Source: Anaeromyxobacteraceae bacterium (GTDB lineage Bacteria; Myxococcota; Myxococcia; Myxococcales; Anaeromyxobacteraceae). From it: a stretch of DNA of 64,000 nucleotides. Within the stretch, counting starts at the first letter, position 1. Every line of letters starts with the position of its first letter. Location: NCBI GenBank assembly GCA_047602405.1, contig JASGHJ010000002.1:448001-512000 (forward strand). Direction: 5' to 3'. A model generated the notes under the pieces. That model was not told the origin of the DNA. It saw only the letters and a program-made list of their open reading frames with translations, and ran no database searches. Both the position numbers and the translations under genes were made by a program. Shown here piece by piece: positions 43,849 to 54,289 of this stretch.

Positions 43849-44727
43849 ATGGACTGGGGGCACCTGCGGTTCTTCCTCGAGATGGCGCGCACCGGCAGCC
43901 TCTCGAAGGCGGCGCGGCGGCTCGCGGTCGACCGGAACACCGTGGCCCGCCGGGTGGCCGCCCTCGAGGACGCGCTCGGCCTCACGCTGTTCGAGCGCGG
44001 GCCGCTCGGCTGGACCCGGACCGCGGCGGGGGAGGAGCTCGCGGAGCTCGCCTCTCGCGTCGAGGCCGACGTGCTCGCGCTCGCGCTCCACGCCGGGGCG
44101 CGGGATCGCGCGCTGACCGGGGCGGTGCGCCTCACCACCACGATGCACCTCACCACCTACCTCCTCACGCCGGCCGTGCCGCGCCTGCGGGAGCGCCACC
44201 CGGGGCTCGTGCTCGAGATCGCCGCCGACGCGCGCGCGTTCGACCTCACCCGGCGCGAGGCGGACCTCGCGCTGCGCATGGGCCGGCCGCAGGCGCCCGG
44301 GCTCGTGACGCGCAAGCTCTCCCCGATCCAGTTCCGGTTCTACGCGGCGAGGTCGCTCGTCGGGAGCCGCCGCACCGTCGACCTCGCGAGGGACCCGTTC
44401 GTCGGCTTCGAGGAGAGCCTCGTGCAGACGCCGCAGGAGAGCTGGTTCGCGCGCACGGCGCCGGAGCGGCGGGTGGTGTTCCGCTGCAACTCCACCGCCG
44501 CGCTCGCCGCGGCGGCGCGCGCCGGCGTGGGGGTCGGGCTGCTCCCCTGCTTCGTCGCCGAGCCCGACCCGGACCTCGTGGCGCTCGACGGCCCGCCCGC
44601 GCCGGACCACGAGCTGTGGCTGCTCGTGCACGGCGAGCTGCGCCGTTCACCACCCGTACGCGCGATCATCGAGTGGGTCGACGAGCTCGTCGCGCGGGCC
44701 CGGCCGCTGCTCGTGCCGGGCCGCTGA
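43849..44727 (+). CDS. LysR-family regulator
   Basis: MDWGHLRFF...GSLSKAARRL...TVARRVAALE...LFER; READLALR. Confidence 0.93.
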   Translation: MDWGHLRFFLEMARTGSLSKAARRLAVDRNTVARRVAALEDALGLTLFERGPLGWTRTAAGEELAELASRVEADVLALALHAGARDRALTGAVRLTTTMHLTTYLLTPAVPRLRERHPGLVLEIAADARAFDLTRREADLALRMGRPQAPGLVTRKLSPIQFRFYAARSLVGSRRTVDLARDPFVGFEESLVQTPQESWFARTAPERRVVFRCNSTAALAAAARAGVGVGLLPCFVAEPDPDLVALDGPPAPDHELWLLVHGELRRSPPVRAIIEWVDELVARARPLLVPGR

Positions 44728-44851
44728 GGCGCCGGGGGTCGTCTCGCGGGAACATGTCCTGTCCGGCGGTGTTCAGGTGTCAGGATCTGCGGCAAGCTGC
44801 CGCAAGCGTTCTGGCTCGACACCACGCACCCACTGGACGAAGGCTCCCCGA

Positions 44852-45511
44852 ATGCCGAGACGCCTCCTGACGCTGCTCTGCTGCCTCGCCGCGGCGGCCC
44901 CCGTCCTCGCCCGCGCCGGCGAGCTGCTCGACGACGCGCTCACGCCCCCGCTCGCCGCGCCCGACCTGACCGCGCGCGCGGAGGACGGCAAGGCCGCGCA
45001 GCCCGCGCCGGGTGGGCTCGACTTCGACCTCCTCGGCGAGGCGAAGCCGCCGCCCGACGCGCCCGACGCGGAGGACCTCCGCCTGCGCCGCAAGCTCCTC
45101 ACCTGGCACCAGGGGCTCGGGCTCGGACTCCTCGGCCTCGAGCTCGCCACGACCGCCGTGGGGCAGCTCAACTACCGCGACAAGTTCGGGACGCCGGCGA
45201 ACACCGGGAAGTGGCGCGCTCCTCACGCCGTGCTCGCGTACGCGACCGCCGCGGCCTTCGCGGTGAACGCCGGGTTTGCCCTCGCCGCGCCCGCGCCGGT
45301 GAAGCGCGAGTGGAAGCTCGATCGCGTCATGGTCCACCGGATCGCGCTCTTCACCGCCTCGGCCGGCATGCTCACCCAGGTGGGCCTGGGCATCTACACC
45401 GCGTCGCGCGAGGGCTACGTGAACCAGCGCCAGATGGCGAGGACCCACCTCTACGTCGGCTACGGCACGCTCGCGGCCATCCTCACGGGCGTCGGCGTCA
45501 TCGTCTTCTAG
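44852..45511 (+). CDS. Signal peptide plus 4-TM protein with one His per helix (cytochrome b561-like)
   Basis: WHQ, PHA, VHR, THL at the start of four hydrophobic helices. Confidence 0.6.
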   Translation: MPRRLLTLLCCLAAAAPVLARAGELLDDALTPPLAAPDLTARAEDGKAAQPAPGGLDFDLLGEAKPPPDAPDAEDLRLRRKLLTWHQGLGLGLLGLELATTAVGQLNYRDKFGTPANTGKWRAPHAVLAYATAAAFAVNAGFALAAPAPVKREWKLDRVMVHRIALFTASAGMLTQVGLGIYTASREGYVNQRQMARTHLYVGYGTLAAILTGVGVIVF

Positions 45512-45521
45512 GAGGCCCGCC

Positions 45522-46085
45522 ATGATCCCCCTCGCCGCAGCCCTCCTCCTCGCCACCGCCCCCGCCGCCGCCCGCGCGCTCGCCGTCCAGCCCGGGGCGA
45601 GCAGCGTGTCCTACCAGATCATCCACAAGCTCCACGAGGTGGAGGCCCGCGCGACGAGGCTCGAGGGCAAGGCCGTCGTCCAGCCGGACGGCAAGGTCCT
45701 CGCGATGGTCCGCGTCCCGGTGGCCTCCTTCGACTCCGGCGACGCGAACCGCGACGCCCACATGCAGGAGGCGACCGAGGCCGGCCGCTTCCCGTTCGCC
45801 GTCGTGAAGGGCATCGCCGCGCTGCCGGTGGGGGCCCTCGACGGCGGCCGGCCCTCGACGCTCGCGACGACCCTCGCCGGCGAGCTCGACTTCCACGGCG
45901 TGAAGCGGCCGCTCTCGGTCCCGCTCACCGTGTCCCTCGACGCGGGCGGGGTGGTGAGGGTGAGGGGAGCGTTCATGGTGAGCCTCGACGCCCACGACGT
46001 CGAACGGCCCTCGCTGCTCTTCGTGAAGGTGGACGACGCCTGCAAGATCACCCTCGACCTCACGCTCGCGGAGGTGCGGCCGTGA
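45522..46085 (+). CDS. YceI-family protein
   Basis: [35 protein letters not shown]. Confidence 0.85.
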   Translation: MIPLAAALLLATAPAAARALAVQPGASSVSYQIIHKLHEVEARATRLEGKAVVQPDGKVLAMVRVPVASFDSGDANRDAHMQEATEAGRFPFAVVKGIAALPVGALDGGRPSTLATTLAGELDFHGVKRPLSVPLTVSLDAGGVVRVRGAFMVSLDAHDVERPSLLFVKVDDACKITLDLTLAEVRP

Positions 46086-46510
46086 AGGCGCTCCTCGTGG
46101 TGGCGGCGGCGCTCGCGGCCGCGGGCTGCACGATGGAGGAGGGGCCGCTCATGGAGCCGGGCAGCGACTGCCTGCGGTGCCACGGCGGCGGTGGGGGCGG
46201 CGGCGAAGAGGAGGGCGGCCCGGCCTGGTCGTTCGCCGGCACCGTCTACCCGGGCGGGAAGGGCGTGCAGGGCGTGACCATCTCGGTGCGCGACGCGAAC
46301 GGCAAGACCGTCTCCGTGCGCTCCAACGAGGCGGGCAACTTCTACTCCGCCGAGAAGCTGCAGCCGCCGGTCACGATCTGGATGAGCTGGGGCGGCGCCG
46401 TCCGCCAGATGCCGGCGCTCACCGGCGCCGACGTCGCGCGCTTCGGCCGCTGCAACGCGTGCCACCGGCCGGGCGGCGACGCGGAGGAGTACCTCGCGCC
46501 GCCGAACTGA
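46082..46510 (+). CDS. Diheme c-type cytochrome lipoprotein
   Basis: Lipobox AAGC; CLRCH and CNACH around a beta-sandwich (SNEAGNFY). Confidence 0.75.
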   Translation: MKALLVVAAALAAAGCTMEEGPLMEPGSDCLRCHGGGGGGGEEEGGPAWSFAGTVYPGGKGVQGVTISVRDANGKTVSVRSNEAGNFYSAEKLQPPVTIWMSWGGAVRQMPALTGADVARFGRCNACHRPGGDAEEYLAPPN

Positions 46511-46575
46511 ACGGACCCGTCAGGGGCGCGCTCCCCGGTTGGGTAAGAGTCCGTTCGGGCTTACAGTCCCCCCCC

Positions 46576-46957
46576 GTGACGCTGCTCCGCGTGCTCGTCG
46601 TCGACGACCACCCCGACGCGGTGGAGTCGCTCGGGGAGCTCCTCGAGCTCGAGGGCCACCGCGTGCTCCAGGCCCGCGACGGCCGGAGCGCGCTCGCGCT
46701 CCTCGAGGCCGAGCGCCCCGACGCGCTCGTGTGCGACCTCGGGCTCCCGGATCTCTCCGGGCACGAGGTCATCCGCGTCGCGCGGGAGCAGGGCTTCGCT
46801 CCCCGGGTGGCGGTGTCGATGAGCGGGTACGCGGGGCCGGAGGACGAGGCCCGCGCGCTCGCCGCCGGGTTCGCCGCGCACTTCCAGAAGCCGGGCTGCG
46901 CGGACCTCATCGCGCACCTCGCGTCCGCGGCCCGGGAAGCTAGTCTCCCGCGCGTGA
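46576..46957 (+). CDS. Response-regulator receiver domain (reads in frame into hutU as sequenced)
   Basis: VLVVDD, CDLGLP, SGY, FQKP; end inferred by removing one A at about 46938. Confidence 0.75.
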
Positions 46958-48645
46958 ACGCACCGACCGATCCGATCCGGGCCCCCCGGGGCACCGAGCG
47001 CACGTGCCGCGGCTGGCCGCAGGAGGCCGCGCTGCGGATGCTCATGAACAACCTCGACCCCGAGGTCGCCGAGCGGCCGGCCGACCTCGTGGTCTACGGC
47101 GGCGGCGGCAAGGCCGCCCGCGACTGGACGAGCTACCACCGCATCGTCGAGACGCTGCGCCGGCTGGGCGACGACGAGACGCTCGTCGTCCAGAGCGGGA
47201 AGCCGGTGGCCGTGTTCCGGACCCACGAGGACGCGCCGCGCGTCCTGCTCGCGAACGCGAACCTCGTCCCCCGCTGGGCGACCTGGGACGAGTTCCGCCG
47301 CCTCGACGCGCTCGGCCTCACGATGTACGGCCAGATGACGGCCGGCTCGTGGATTTACATCGGCTCGCAGGGGATCCTGCAGGGCACCTACGAGACCTTC
47401 GCCGCGTGCGCGCGGCGCCACTTCGGCGGCACCCTCGCCGGGCGGCTCGTCGTGACCGGCGGGCTCGGCGGCATGGGCGGGGCCCAGCCGCTCGCGGCCA
47501 CCATGAACGGCGCCGCGTTCCTCGGCGTCGACGTCGACCCCACCCGCATCGCGCGGCGGGTCGAGACCGGCTACTGCGACGTGCAGTGCGAGCGGCTCGA
47601 CGAGGCGCTCGAGCTCGTGCTCCGGGCGAAGGCGGAGCGGCGGGCGCTCTCGGTGGGGCTCGTCGGCAACGTGGCCGAGGTCGTGCCCGAGCTCGCCCGC
47701 CGCGGGATCGTCCCCGACGTGCTCACCGACCAGACGAGCGCGCACGACCTCCGCGTCGGGTACGTGCCGGCCGGCCTGACCCTGCCGGCGGCCGCGAAGC
47801 TGCGCGAGGCGGACCCGGCCGGCTACGAGGCGCGCGTGCTCGACTCGATGCAGGCGCACGTCGCCGGGATGCTCGCCCTCCAGAAGCAGGGCGCCGTCAC
47901 CTTCGACTACGGCAACAACCTGCGCGGGCAGGTGGCCGACCGCCGCGGCATGAAGGAGGCGTTCGAGATCCCGGGCTTCGTGCCGGAGTACATCCGGCCG
48001 CTCTTCTGCAAGGGTGCGGGGCCGTTCCGCTGGGCCGCGCTCTCCGGCGATCCCGCCGACATCGCCGTCACGGACGACGAGGTGCTCGCCGCGTTCCCCG
48101 ACAACGAGCCCCTCGCGCGCTGGATCCGCCACGCCCGCGAGAAGGTCCACTTCCAGGGGCTGCCCGCGCGCATCTGCTGGCTCGAGTACGGCGAGCGGGC
48201 GGAGATGGGGCTGCGCTTCAACCGGCTCGTGCGCACCGGCAAGGTGAAGGCGCCGATCGTCATCGGCCGCGACCACCTCGACGCGGGCTCGGTCGCCTCG
48301 CCGAACCGCGAGACCGAGGCCATGCGCGACGGCTCGGACGCGATCGCCGACTGGCCGCTCCTCAACGCGCTCCTCAACACCGCCTGCGGCGCTTCCTGGG
48401 TCTCGATCCACCACGGCGGCGGCGTCGGCATCGGCTACTCGCTCCACGCCGGCATGGTGATCGTCGCGGACGGCACCGAGAAGGCCGACCGCCGGCTCGA
48501 GCGCGTGCTCACGGCCGACCCGGGCATGGGCGTCGTGCGCCACGCCGACGCGGGCTACGAGCTCGCGACCGAGGCCGCCCGCGCCCGCGGGATCGACATG
48601 CCGATGCTCGGGACCTCCGGGCCGGCGAGGCCGGCGAGGGGGTAG
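46954..48645 (+). CDS. hutU: Urocanate hydratase
   Basis: [60 protein letters not shown]. Confidence 0.97.
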   Translation: MNAPTDPIRAPRGTERTCRGWPQEAALRMLMNNLDPEVAERPADLVVYGGGGKAARDWTSYHRIVETLRRLGDDETLVVQSGKPVAVFRTHEDAPRVLLANANLVPRWATWDEFRRLDALGLTMYGQMTAGSWIYIGSQGILQGTYETFAACARRHFGGTLAGRLVVTGGLGGMGGAQPLAATMNGAAFLGVDVDPTRIARRVETGYCDVQCERLDEALELVLRAKAERRALSVGLVGNVAEVVPELARRGIVPDVLTDQTSAHDLRVGYVPAGLTLPAAAKLREADPAGYEARVLDSMQAHVAGMLALQKQGAVTFDYGNNLRGQVADRRGMKEAFEIPGFVPEYIRPLFCKGAGPFRWAALSGDPADIAVTDDEVLAAFPDNEPLARWIRHAREKVHFQGLPARICWLEYGERAEMGLRFNRLVRTGKVKAPIVIGRDHLDAGSVASPNRETEAMRDGSDAIADWPLLNALLNTACGASWVSIHHGGGVGIGYSLHAGMVIVADGTEKADRRLERVLTADPGMGVVRHADAGYELATEAARARGIDMPMLGTSGPARPARG

Positions 48646-48650
48646 GGCGG

Positions 48651-49862
48651 GTGACCGTCCTCGCGAACATCGGCGTCCTCGAGACCTGCGCGCCGGGCGC
48701 CGGCCCGGTGGAGCGCGCCGCGGTCGCGTTCCGGGACGGGGTCGTGCGCTTCGCCGGCCCCGAGGCGGCGCTGCCGGCGGAGTTCGCCGCGGACGCGCGG
48801 TGGGACGCGGGCGGGCGGCTCGTCGTCCCCGGCCTCGTCGACTGCCACACCCACGTCGTGTTCGGGGGCTGGCGCGCCGACGAGTTCGACGCGCGCCTGC
48901 GCGGCGCGACGTACCAGGAGCTCGCGGCCCGCGGCGGCGGCATCGCCGCCACCGTGCGCCAGACCGCGGCGCTCGACGACGCGGCGCTCGCCGCGCGGGC
49001 GCGCGGGTTCCTCGCCGGCATGTCGGCGCTCGGTGTCACCACCGCCGAGTCGAAGAGCGGCTACGGCCTCGCGCCCGACGCGGAGCTCCGGCTCCTCGGG
49101 GTGATGCGCACCCTCGCGGCGGACGCGCCGGTGCGGCTCGTCCCGACCCTGCTCGCCCACGTGGTGCCCGCCGACGAGCGCGCGCCCGACCGGCGCGCGG
49201 CGTACGTCCGGAGCTTCGCGGAGGAGCTCGTGCCGCGGGTCGCCCGGGCAGGCCTCGCCGCCGCGTGCGACGTCTACGTCGACGACGGCGCGTTCTCGGC
49301 CGACGAGGCACGGCGGATCCTCTCCGCCGCGCGCGCGGCGGGGCTCCTCGCGAAGCTGCACGGCGACCAGCACCGGGACGGCGGCGGGGCGGCGCTCGCG
49401 GCGGAGCTCGCCGCCGCGTCGGTGGACCACCTCGAGCACGCGGGCGACGCCGGGATCGAAGCGCTCGCGCGGGCGGGCACCGTCGCCGTGACGCTGCCCA
49501 TCGCCGCCCTGCACCTGCGCTCGCCGTTCGCGCCCGCGCGCCGGCTGCTGGACGCCGGCGTCCCGGTCGCGGTCGCGACCGACTTCAACCCGGGCACGGC
49601 GCCGAGCTACCACCTGCCGCTCGCGATGATGCTCGCCTGCACCGCCCAGCGCATGACGCCGGCGGAGGCGCTGCGCGGCGCGACGATCGTGGCGGCGCGG
49701 GCGCTCGGGCTCGACCGGACGGTGGGCTCGCTCGAGCCGGGCAAGCAGGCCGACCTCGCGGTGCTCGACGCACCCTCGGTCGCGCACTGGCTCTACCACT
49801 TCCGCCCGAACGACTGCGCCCTGACCGTGAAGGGCGGCGAGGTCGTGTGGAGGGCCCCGTGA
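48651..49862 (+). CDS. hutI: Imidazolonepropionase
   Basis: PGLVDCHTH, GGGIAATV, KSGYGL, KLHGDQ, DHLE, ATDFNPG. Confidence 0.95.
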   Translation: MTVLANIGVLETCAPGAGPVERAAVAFRDGVVRFAGPEAALPAEFAADARWDAGGRLVVPGLVDCHTHVVFGGWRADEFDARLRGATYQELAARGGGIAATVRQTAALDDAALAARARGFLAGMSALGVTTAESKSGYGLAPDAELRLLGVMRTLAADAPVRLVPTLLAHVVPADERAPDRRAAYVRSFAEELVPRVARAGLAAACDVYVDDGAFSADEARRILSAARAAGLLAKLHGDQHRDGGGAALAAELAAASVDHLEHAGDAGIEALARAGTVAVTLPIAALHLRSPFAPARRLLDAGVPVAVATDFNPGTAPSYHLPLAMMLACTAQRMTPAEALRGATIVAARALGLDRTVGSLEPGKQADLAVLDAPSVAHWLYHFRPNDCALTVKGGEVVWRAP

Positions 49863-50795
49863 ACGCGCTCGTCCCCGCCCGTCCCCCGCTGCCCGCGACC
49901 GCCCCCGACGACCCGCGGGTGGGGCACCTCCTCGGCCGCGACCTCGCGCCCGGCGAGGCGCCGCGGGCCGTGATCCTCGGGTTCCCGACCGATGTGGGCG
50001 TGCGCCGGAACGGCGGGCGGCCCGGCGCCGCGGAGGGCCCGGCCGCGATCCGGCGCCTGCTCTGGAAGCTCACGCCGGACGCCCGGGCCCCGGGGCGCTT
50101 CGGCGCGCTCCTCGGGAAGACGCTCGACGCCGGTGACCTCGCCGTCACCGGCGACCTCGAGGGCGACCAGGCCGCGTTCGGCGAGCACGTCGCCGCGTGG
50201 CTCTCGCGGGGAGCGTTCGTCATCGTGCTCGGCGGCGGGCACGAGACCGGGTACGGCCACTTCCTCGGCCACGCCGGGGCGGGGCAGCGGGTCGACGTGC
50301 TCAACCTCGACGCGCACGCCGACGTCCGCCCGACGAAGGACGGGCTCGGCCACTCCGGCTCCCCGTTCCGCCAGGCGCTCGACCACCCCTCCGGCGCCTG
50401 CGCGCGCTACCGGGTGGCGGGCCTCTTGCCCTGGTCGGCGGCGCGCGCGCACCTCGACCTCGTCACCGCCCGCGGCGGCGACTGGTGGACCGCGGACGCG
50501 CTCGACGCCGCCCTCGTCGAGGAAGCTCTTCGGCGGCCTCGCCGGCCCGGCGATGGTCTCGTTCGACCTCGACGCGGTGGACCAGGCGCACGCGCCGGGC
50601 GTCTCGGCGCCGGCGGCGGCCGGGCTCGGGCCGGCCCGGTGGCTCGAGGCGGCGTTCCTCGCCGGCCGGACGCCGGCGGTCGCCTCCGCCGGGATCGCGG
50701 AGTACGCCCCGCCGCTCGACCGCGACGACGCGGCGGGCCGGGTGGCCGCCGCGACGATCTTCGAGATCCTTCGCGGACTCGCGGCCCGCGGCTGA
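49859..50795 (+). CDS. hutG: Formimidoylglutamase (arginase family); apparent frameshift near 50523
   Basis: GVRRNGGRPGAAEGP, GGGHE, NLDAHAD, SGSPF; FDLDAV...APGVSAP in the next frame. Confidence 0.88.
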
Positions 50796-50850
50796 GCGCC
50801 GCAGGGCCGCGTCTTCACCGCGGCCGCCGAACCGGCTATCTCCTGGGTCG

Positions 50851-51330
50851 ATGGAGACGGGGACCGTCAGGTGGTTCGACGACAACCGGGGCATGGGCCA
50901 CATCCGCCCGGACTCCGGCGGCGAGGACGTCTTCGTCCACCACACCCACATCCACGCCGACGGCTGCTTCAAGGCGGTGGGTGAGGGGCAGCGGGTCGAG
51001 TACGTCCACTCGGCGGGCCCGGACGGCGTGCCCTGGGCGCTCGACGTCCGGCGGGTCTTCGGCGAGGACGGCTTCGTCGTCACGGTGCTGTGCGGGGACG
51101 CGGTGCAGGTCAGGACCGCGGCCTGGGGCCGCCCGAACCTCGAGCGGATGGCCGAGAAGCTCCGGGCGTTCGGCGAGGTGAAGGGCGGGCCTTGCCTGGT
51201 CCGGCTGCGGGCGCCGCCGCACGAGCTGACCGTCTTCGACGACGGGCGGGCCATCGTGAAGGGCACCGGCGAGGAGGACGAGGCGCGCCGGCTCGTGTCC
51301 ACGTGGCTCGGCATCCGGCTGCCGTCGTGA
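50851..51330 (+). CDS. Cold-shock domain fused to a ThiF/MoeB-C-terminal-like domain
   Basis: METGTVRWFDDNRGMGHI...DVFVHH; then LCGDAVQV...LTVFDDGRAIVKGT. Confidence 0.8.
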   Translation: METGTVRWFDDNRGMGHIRPDSGGEDVFVHHTHIHADGCFKAVGEGQRVEYVHSAGPDGVPWALDVRRVFGEDGFVVTVLCGDAVQVRTAAWGRPNLERMAEKLRAFGEVKGGPCLVRLRAPPHELTVFDDGRAIVKGTGEEDEARRLVSTWLGIRLPS

Positions 51331-52451
51331 GCCCACGCGAGCGCGTCGACGTCGACGTGGCGGTGATCGGCGCCGGCGTGGTGGGGCTCGCCGTGGCCCG
51401 CGCGCTCGCGCTCGCGGGCCGGGGCGTGGCGGTGCTCGAGGCCGAGGCGGGGCCCGGCCGCGGCGCGAGCGCGCGCAACTCCGGCGTCCTCCACGCCGGC
51501 CTGCACCACCCCCCGGGCTGGCTGAAGTCGAGCCTGTGCGTCGAGGGGCGCCGGCTCCTCGTGGAGTACTGCGCCGCGCGCGGGGTACCTCACGCCCGCA
51601 CGGGGAAGATCGTGGTCGCGACCGCGCCCGACGAGGTGCCCGCGCTCGAGGCGATGGCGGCGCGGGGCCGCGTCGCGGGGGTGAACGACCTGTTGCTCCT
51701 CGACGCCGCCGACGTCGCTGCGCTCGAGCCCTCCGTCCGCGCCGTGCGCGGCCTCCTCTCGCCTTCGACCGGGATCGTGGACCCCGAGGCGCTCGTGCGC
51801 GCGCTCGCCCGCGACGCCGCGGACGCCGGCGCGATTGTCGTGTACGGCGCCCCGGTGGTCGGCGGCGCCGGCGCGCCCCGCGGCCTCGTGCTGGAGGTCG
51901 GCGGCGCGACCCCGTTCACGGTCCGCTGCCGCGCCGCCGTGAACGCGGCCGGCCTCGGGGCGCAGGCGGTGGCGCGGGCCATTCGCGGCGTCGCGCCGGC
52001 CTCGATCCCGCCGCTCCACCTCGCGAAGGGGAGCTGGTTCGTGCTCCGCGGCAAGGCGCCCTTCCGGCGCCTCGTCTACCCGGTGCCGGTCGAGGGCGGC
52101 CTCGGCACGCACCTCACGCTCGACCTCGCCGGCGCCGCGCGCTTCGGGCCGGACGTCGAGTGGGTCGAGGCGCCGGGCGCGCTCGCCGTGGACCCCGGCC
52201 GCGCCCCGGCGTTCGAGGCGGCGGTGCGCCGGTTCTGGCCGGGCCTGCCGCCGGGCGCGCTCGCCCCGGGGTTCGCCGGGATCCGCCCGAAGCTCTCCGG
52301 TCCCGGCGAGCCGGCGCGGGACTTCGAGCTCTCGGACGCGAGCGCGCACGGCGTGCCCGGCCTCGTGTGCCTCTACGGAATCGAGTCGCCCGGCCTCACC
52401 GCCTGCCTCGCGATCGCGGCGCGGGTGAGGAAGCTGCTCGGGGTGCGGTGA
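51327..52451 (+). CDS. FAD-dependent oxidoreductase, L-2-hydroxyglutarate oxidase family
   Basis: VIGAGVVG, SARNSGVLHAG, GLGTHLT, FGPD, GIRPKL, GIESPGLT. Confidence 0.88.
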   Translation: MSPRERVDVDVAVIGAGVVGLAVARALALAGRGVAVLEAEAGPGRGASARNSGVLHAGLHHPPGWLKSSLCVEGRRLLVEYCAARGVPHARTGKIVVATAPDEVPALEAMAARGRVAGVNDLLLLDAADVAALEPSVRAVRGLLSPSTGIVDPEALVRALARDAADAGAIVVYGAPVVGGAGAPRGLVLEVGGATPFTVRCRAAVNAAGLGAQAVARAIRGVAPASIPPLHLAKGSWFVLRGKAPFRRLVYPVPVEGGLGTHLTLDLAGAARFGPDVEWVEAPGALAVDPGRAPAFEAAVRRFWPGLPPGALAPGFAGIRPKLSGPGEPARDFELSDASAHGVPGLVCLYGIESPGLTACLAIAARVRKLLGVR

Positions 52452-52532
52452 CTGACTCATGGAGGGGCGCTCGGCGCGCCCCTCCCCGCGGAGCGGAGCT
52501 CCGCGGGGCCCCTCCCTGGCAGAAAGGCATCT

Positions 52533-53624
52533 TCAGGCCCGGCGCGGGACGATGCGCACCGCGGGCGTCTTCACCGCCGCGGTGACCGGCCGGCCCGGGA
52601 CGAGCCCCATCCGATCCGCGCTCGCGCGCGTGACGAGCGCGACGAGCGTCACGCCGCAATCGAGCGTGAGGCGCACGAGCGGCCCCTCGTCGCGGCGGGC
52701 CGCGACGACGCCCGCGAGGGCGTTCCGCGCGCTGATGGCCGCGCCGATGTCGGGCAGGATGACCACGTCCTCGGCGCGCACGCAGGCGTAGGCCTCGTCG
52801 AACGCGCCGCCGGGGTCGACGCCGACGAGCTCGGCCTCCCCGGCGCGCACGACGAGCAGGCCCTCCTCGCGGCGGACCGCCCGCGCCGGCAGGACGTTCT
52901 CGGTGCCCACGACCCGCGCGACCTCGGCGTCCACCGGCGCCGAGAACACCTCGTGCACCGGGCCCACCTGCCGGACCGTGCCGTCGACGAGGACCACCAG
53001 CCGGTCGCCGAGCGCGAGCGCCTCGGCGCGGTCGTGCGTGACCACGACCGCGGGGACGCCCGAGGACTCGAGGAGGTGGCGGAGCTCGCCGCGGAGCGCC
53101 TCGCGCGACGGCGCGTCGAGCGCGGAGAGCGGCTCGTCGAGGAGGAGCAGCCGCGGCCGCGGCGCGAGCGCCCGGGCGAGGGCCACCCGCTGGCGCTGCC
53201 CGCCGGAGAGCTCGGCCGGACGGCGGTGCAGGAGCTCCTCGACGCCGAGCCGGCGGGCGAGCTCGGCGACCCGGGCCTCGCGCTCCGGGCGGGGGAGCCG
53301 GTGGAGCCCGTAGCCGACGTTCGCGGCCACGGTGAGGTGCGGGAAGAGCGCGTACTCCTGGAACAGGAAGCCGAGGCCGCGCCGCTGCGGCGACACGTGG
53401 ACGCGCCGGGCGGCGCTGTACCAGGTCTCGCCGGCGAAGGTGATCTCGCCCGCGTCCGGCCGGTCGAGCCCGGCGAGCGCGCGCAGCACCGTGGTCTTGC
53501 CCGAGCCGGAGGGGCCGAAGAGCACCGTGACCGGCGCGCGGTCGAGCGGCCAGCCCGCCTGGACGGCGATGGTCGGTCCGCGGTGGAACCGCCGGACGAC
53601 GTCGAGGGTCAGCGCTCGTTCCAC
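52533..53624 (-). CDS. modC: Molybdate ABC transporter ATPase with TOBE domain
   Basis: GPSGSGKT, LSGGQRQR, LLLDEP, VTHD, ISARN; GTG start inferred. Confidence 0.92.
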   Translation of the reverse strand: MERALTLDVVRRFHRGPTIAVQAGWPLDRAPVTVLFGPSGSGKTTVLRALAGLDRPDAGEITFAGETWYSAARRVHVSPQRRGLGFLFQEYALFPHLTVAANVGYGLHRLPRPEREARVAELARRLGVEELLHRRPAELSGGQRQRVALARALAPRPRLLLLDEPLSALDAPSREALRGELRHLLESSGVPAVVVTHDRAEALALGDRLVVLVDGTVRQVGPVHEVFSAPVDAEVARVVGTENVLPARAVRREEGLLVVRAGEAELVGVDPGGAFDEAYACVRAEDVVILPDIGAAISARNALAGVVAARRDEGPLVRLTLDCGVTLVALVTRASADRMGLVPGRPVTAAVKTPAVRIVPRRA

Positions 53625-54283
53625 CGGAAGAAGGGGCGCCGCTGCAGGGCGTAGACGAGGGAGAGGACCGCGAACGAGACGACCAGGAGCAGGCCGGCGG
53701 TGAGGTGGGCGGCGCGGTATTCGAGCGCCTCCACGTGGTCGAAGATCGCGACCGACATCGTGCGGGTCTTGCCCGGGATGTTGCCGCCGACCATGAGCAC
53801 CACCCCGAACTCGCCGAGGGTGTGCGCGAAGGTCAGGACCGCGCCGGCGAGCACGCCGGGCCAGGCGAGCGGGAGCGTGACCTTCAGGAAGGTGCGCAGG
53901 CGCGAGACGCCGAGCGTGTGCGAGGCCTCGATGAGCCGGCGGTCGACCCCGGCGAGCGCGGCCGCGAAGGGCTGCACCGCGAAGGGGAGGGAGTAGAGGA
54001 TGGAGGCGAGGAGCAGCCCCTCGAACGAGAACGGGAACGGGTGCCCCGCGGCGGCCTCGAAGAGCCTCCCGGGCGCGCTCCGCGGCCCGAGCGCGGTGAG
54101 GAGGTAGAACCCGAGCACGGTCGGCGGCAGCACGAGCGGCAGCGCCACCACCGCCTCCACGAGGAACTTCCCCCGGAAGCGGCTCGTCGTCAGCCACCAC
54201 GCGACGGGCAGGCCCACGACGAGGAGGACGAGGGTCGTGAGGGCGGAGAGCCGGGCCGAGAGTGCGATCGCCGCCGTGTCCAT
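53609..54283 (-). CDS. modB: Molybdate ABC transporter permease
   Basis: LPLVLPPTVLGFYLL, FAHTLGEFGVVLMVGGNIPG. Confidence 0.95.
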   Translation of the reverse strand: MDTAAIALSARLSALTTLVLLVVGLPVAWWLTTSRFRGKFLVEAVVALPLVLPPTVLGFYLLTALGPRSAPGRLFEAAAGHPFPFSFEGLLLASILYSLPFAVQPFAAALAGVDRRLIEASHTLGVSRLRTFLKVTLPLAWPGVLAGAVLTFAHTLGEFGVVLMVGGNIPGKTRTMSVAIFDHVEALEYRAAHLTAGLLLVVSFAVLSLVYALQRRPFFRWNER

Positions 54284-54289
54284 CGCGCG

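Noticed and set aside
49859..50795. hutG and the other frameshifted genes as pseudogenes
   Set aside because: No other decay, and all share the same single-base insertion context.
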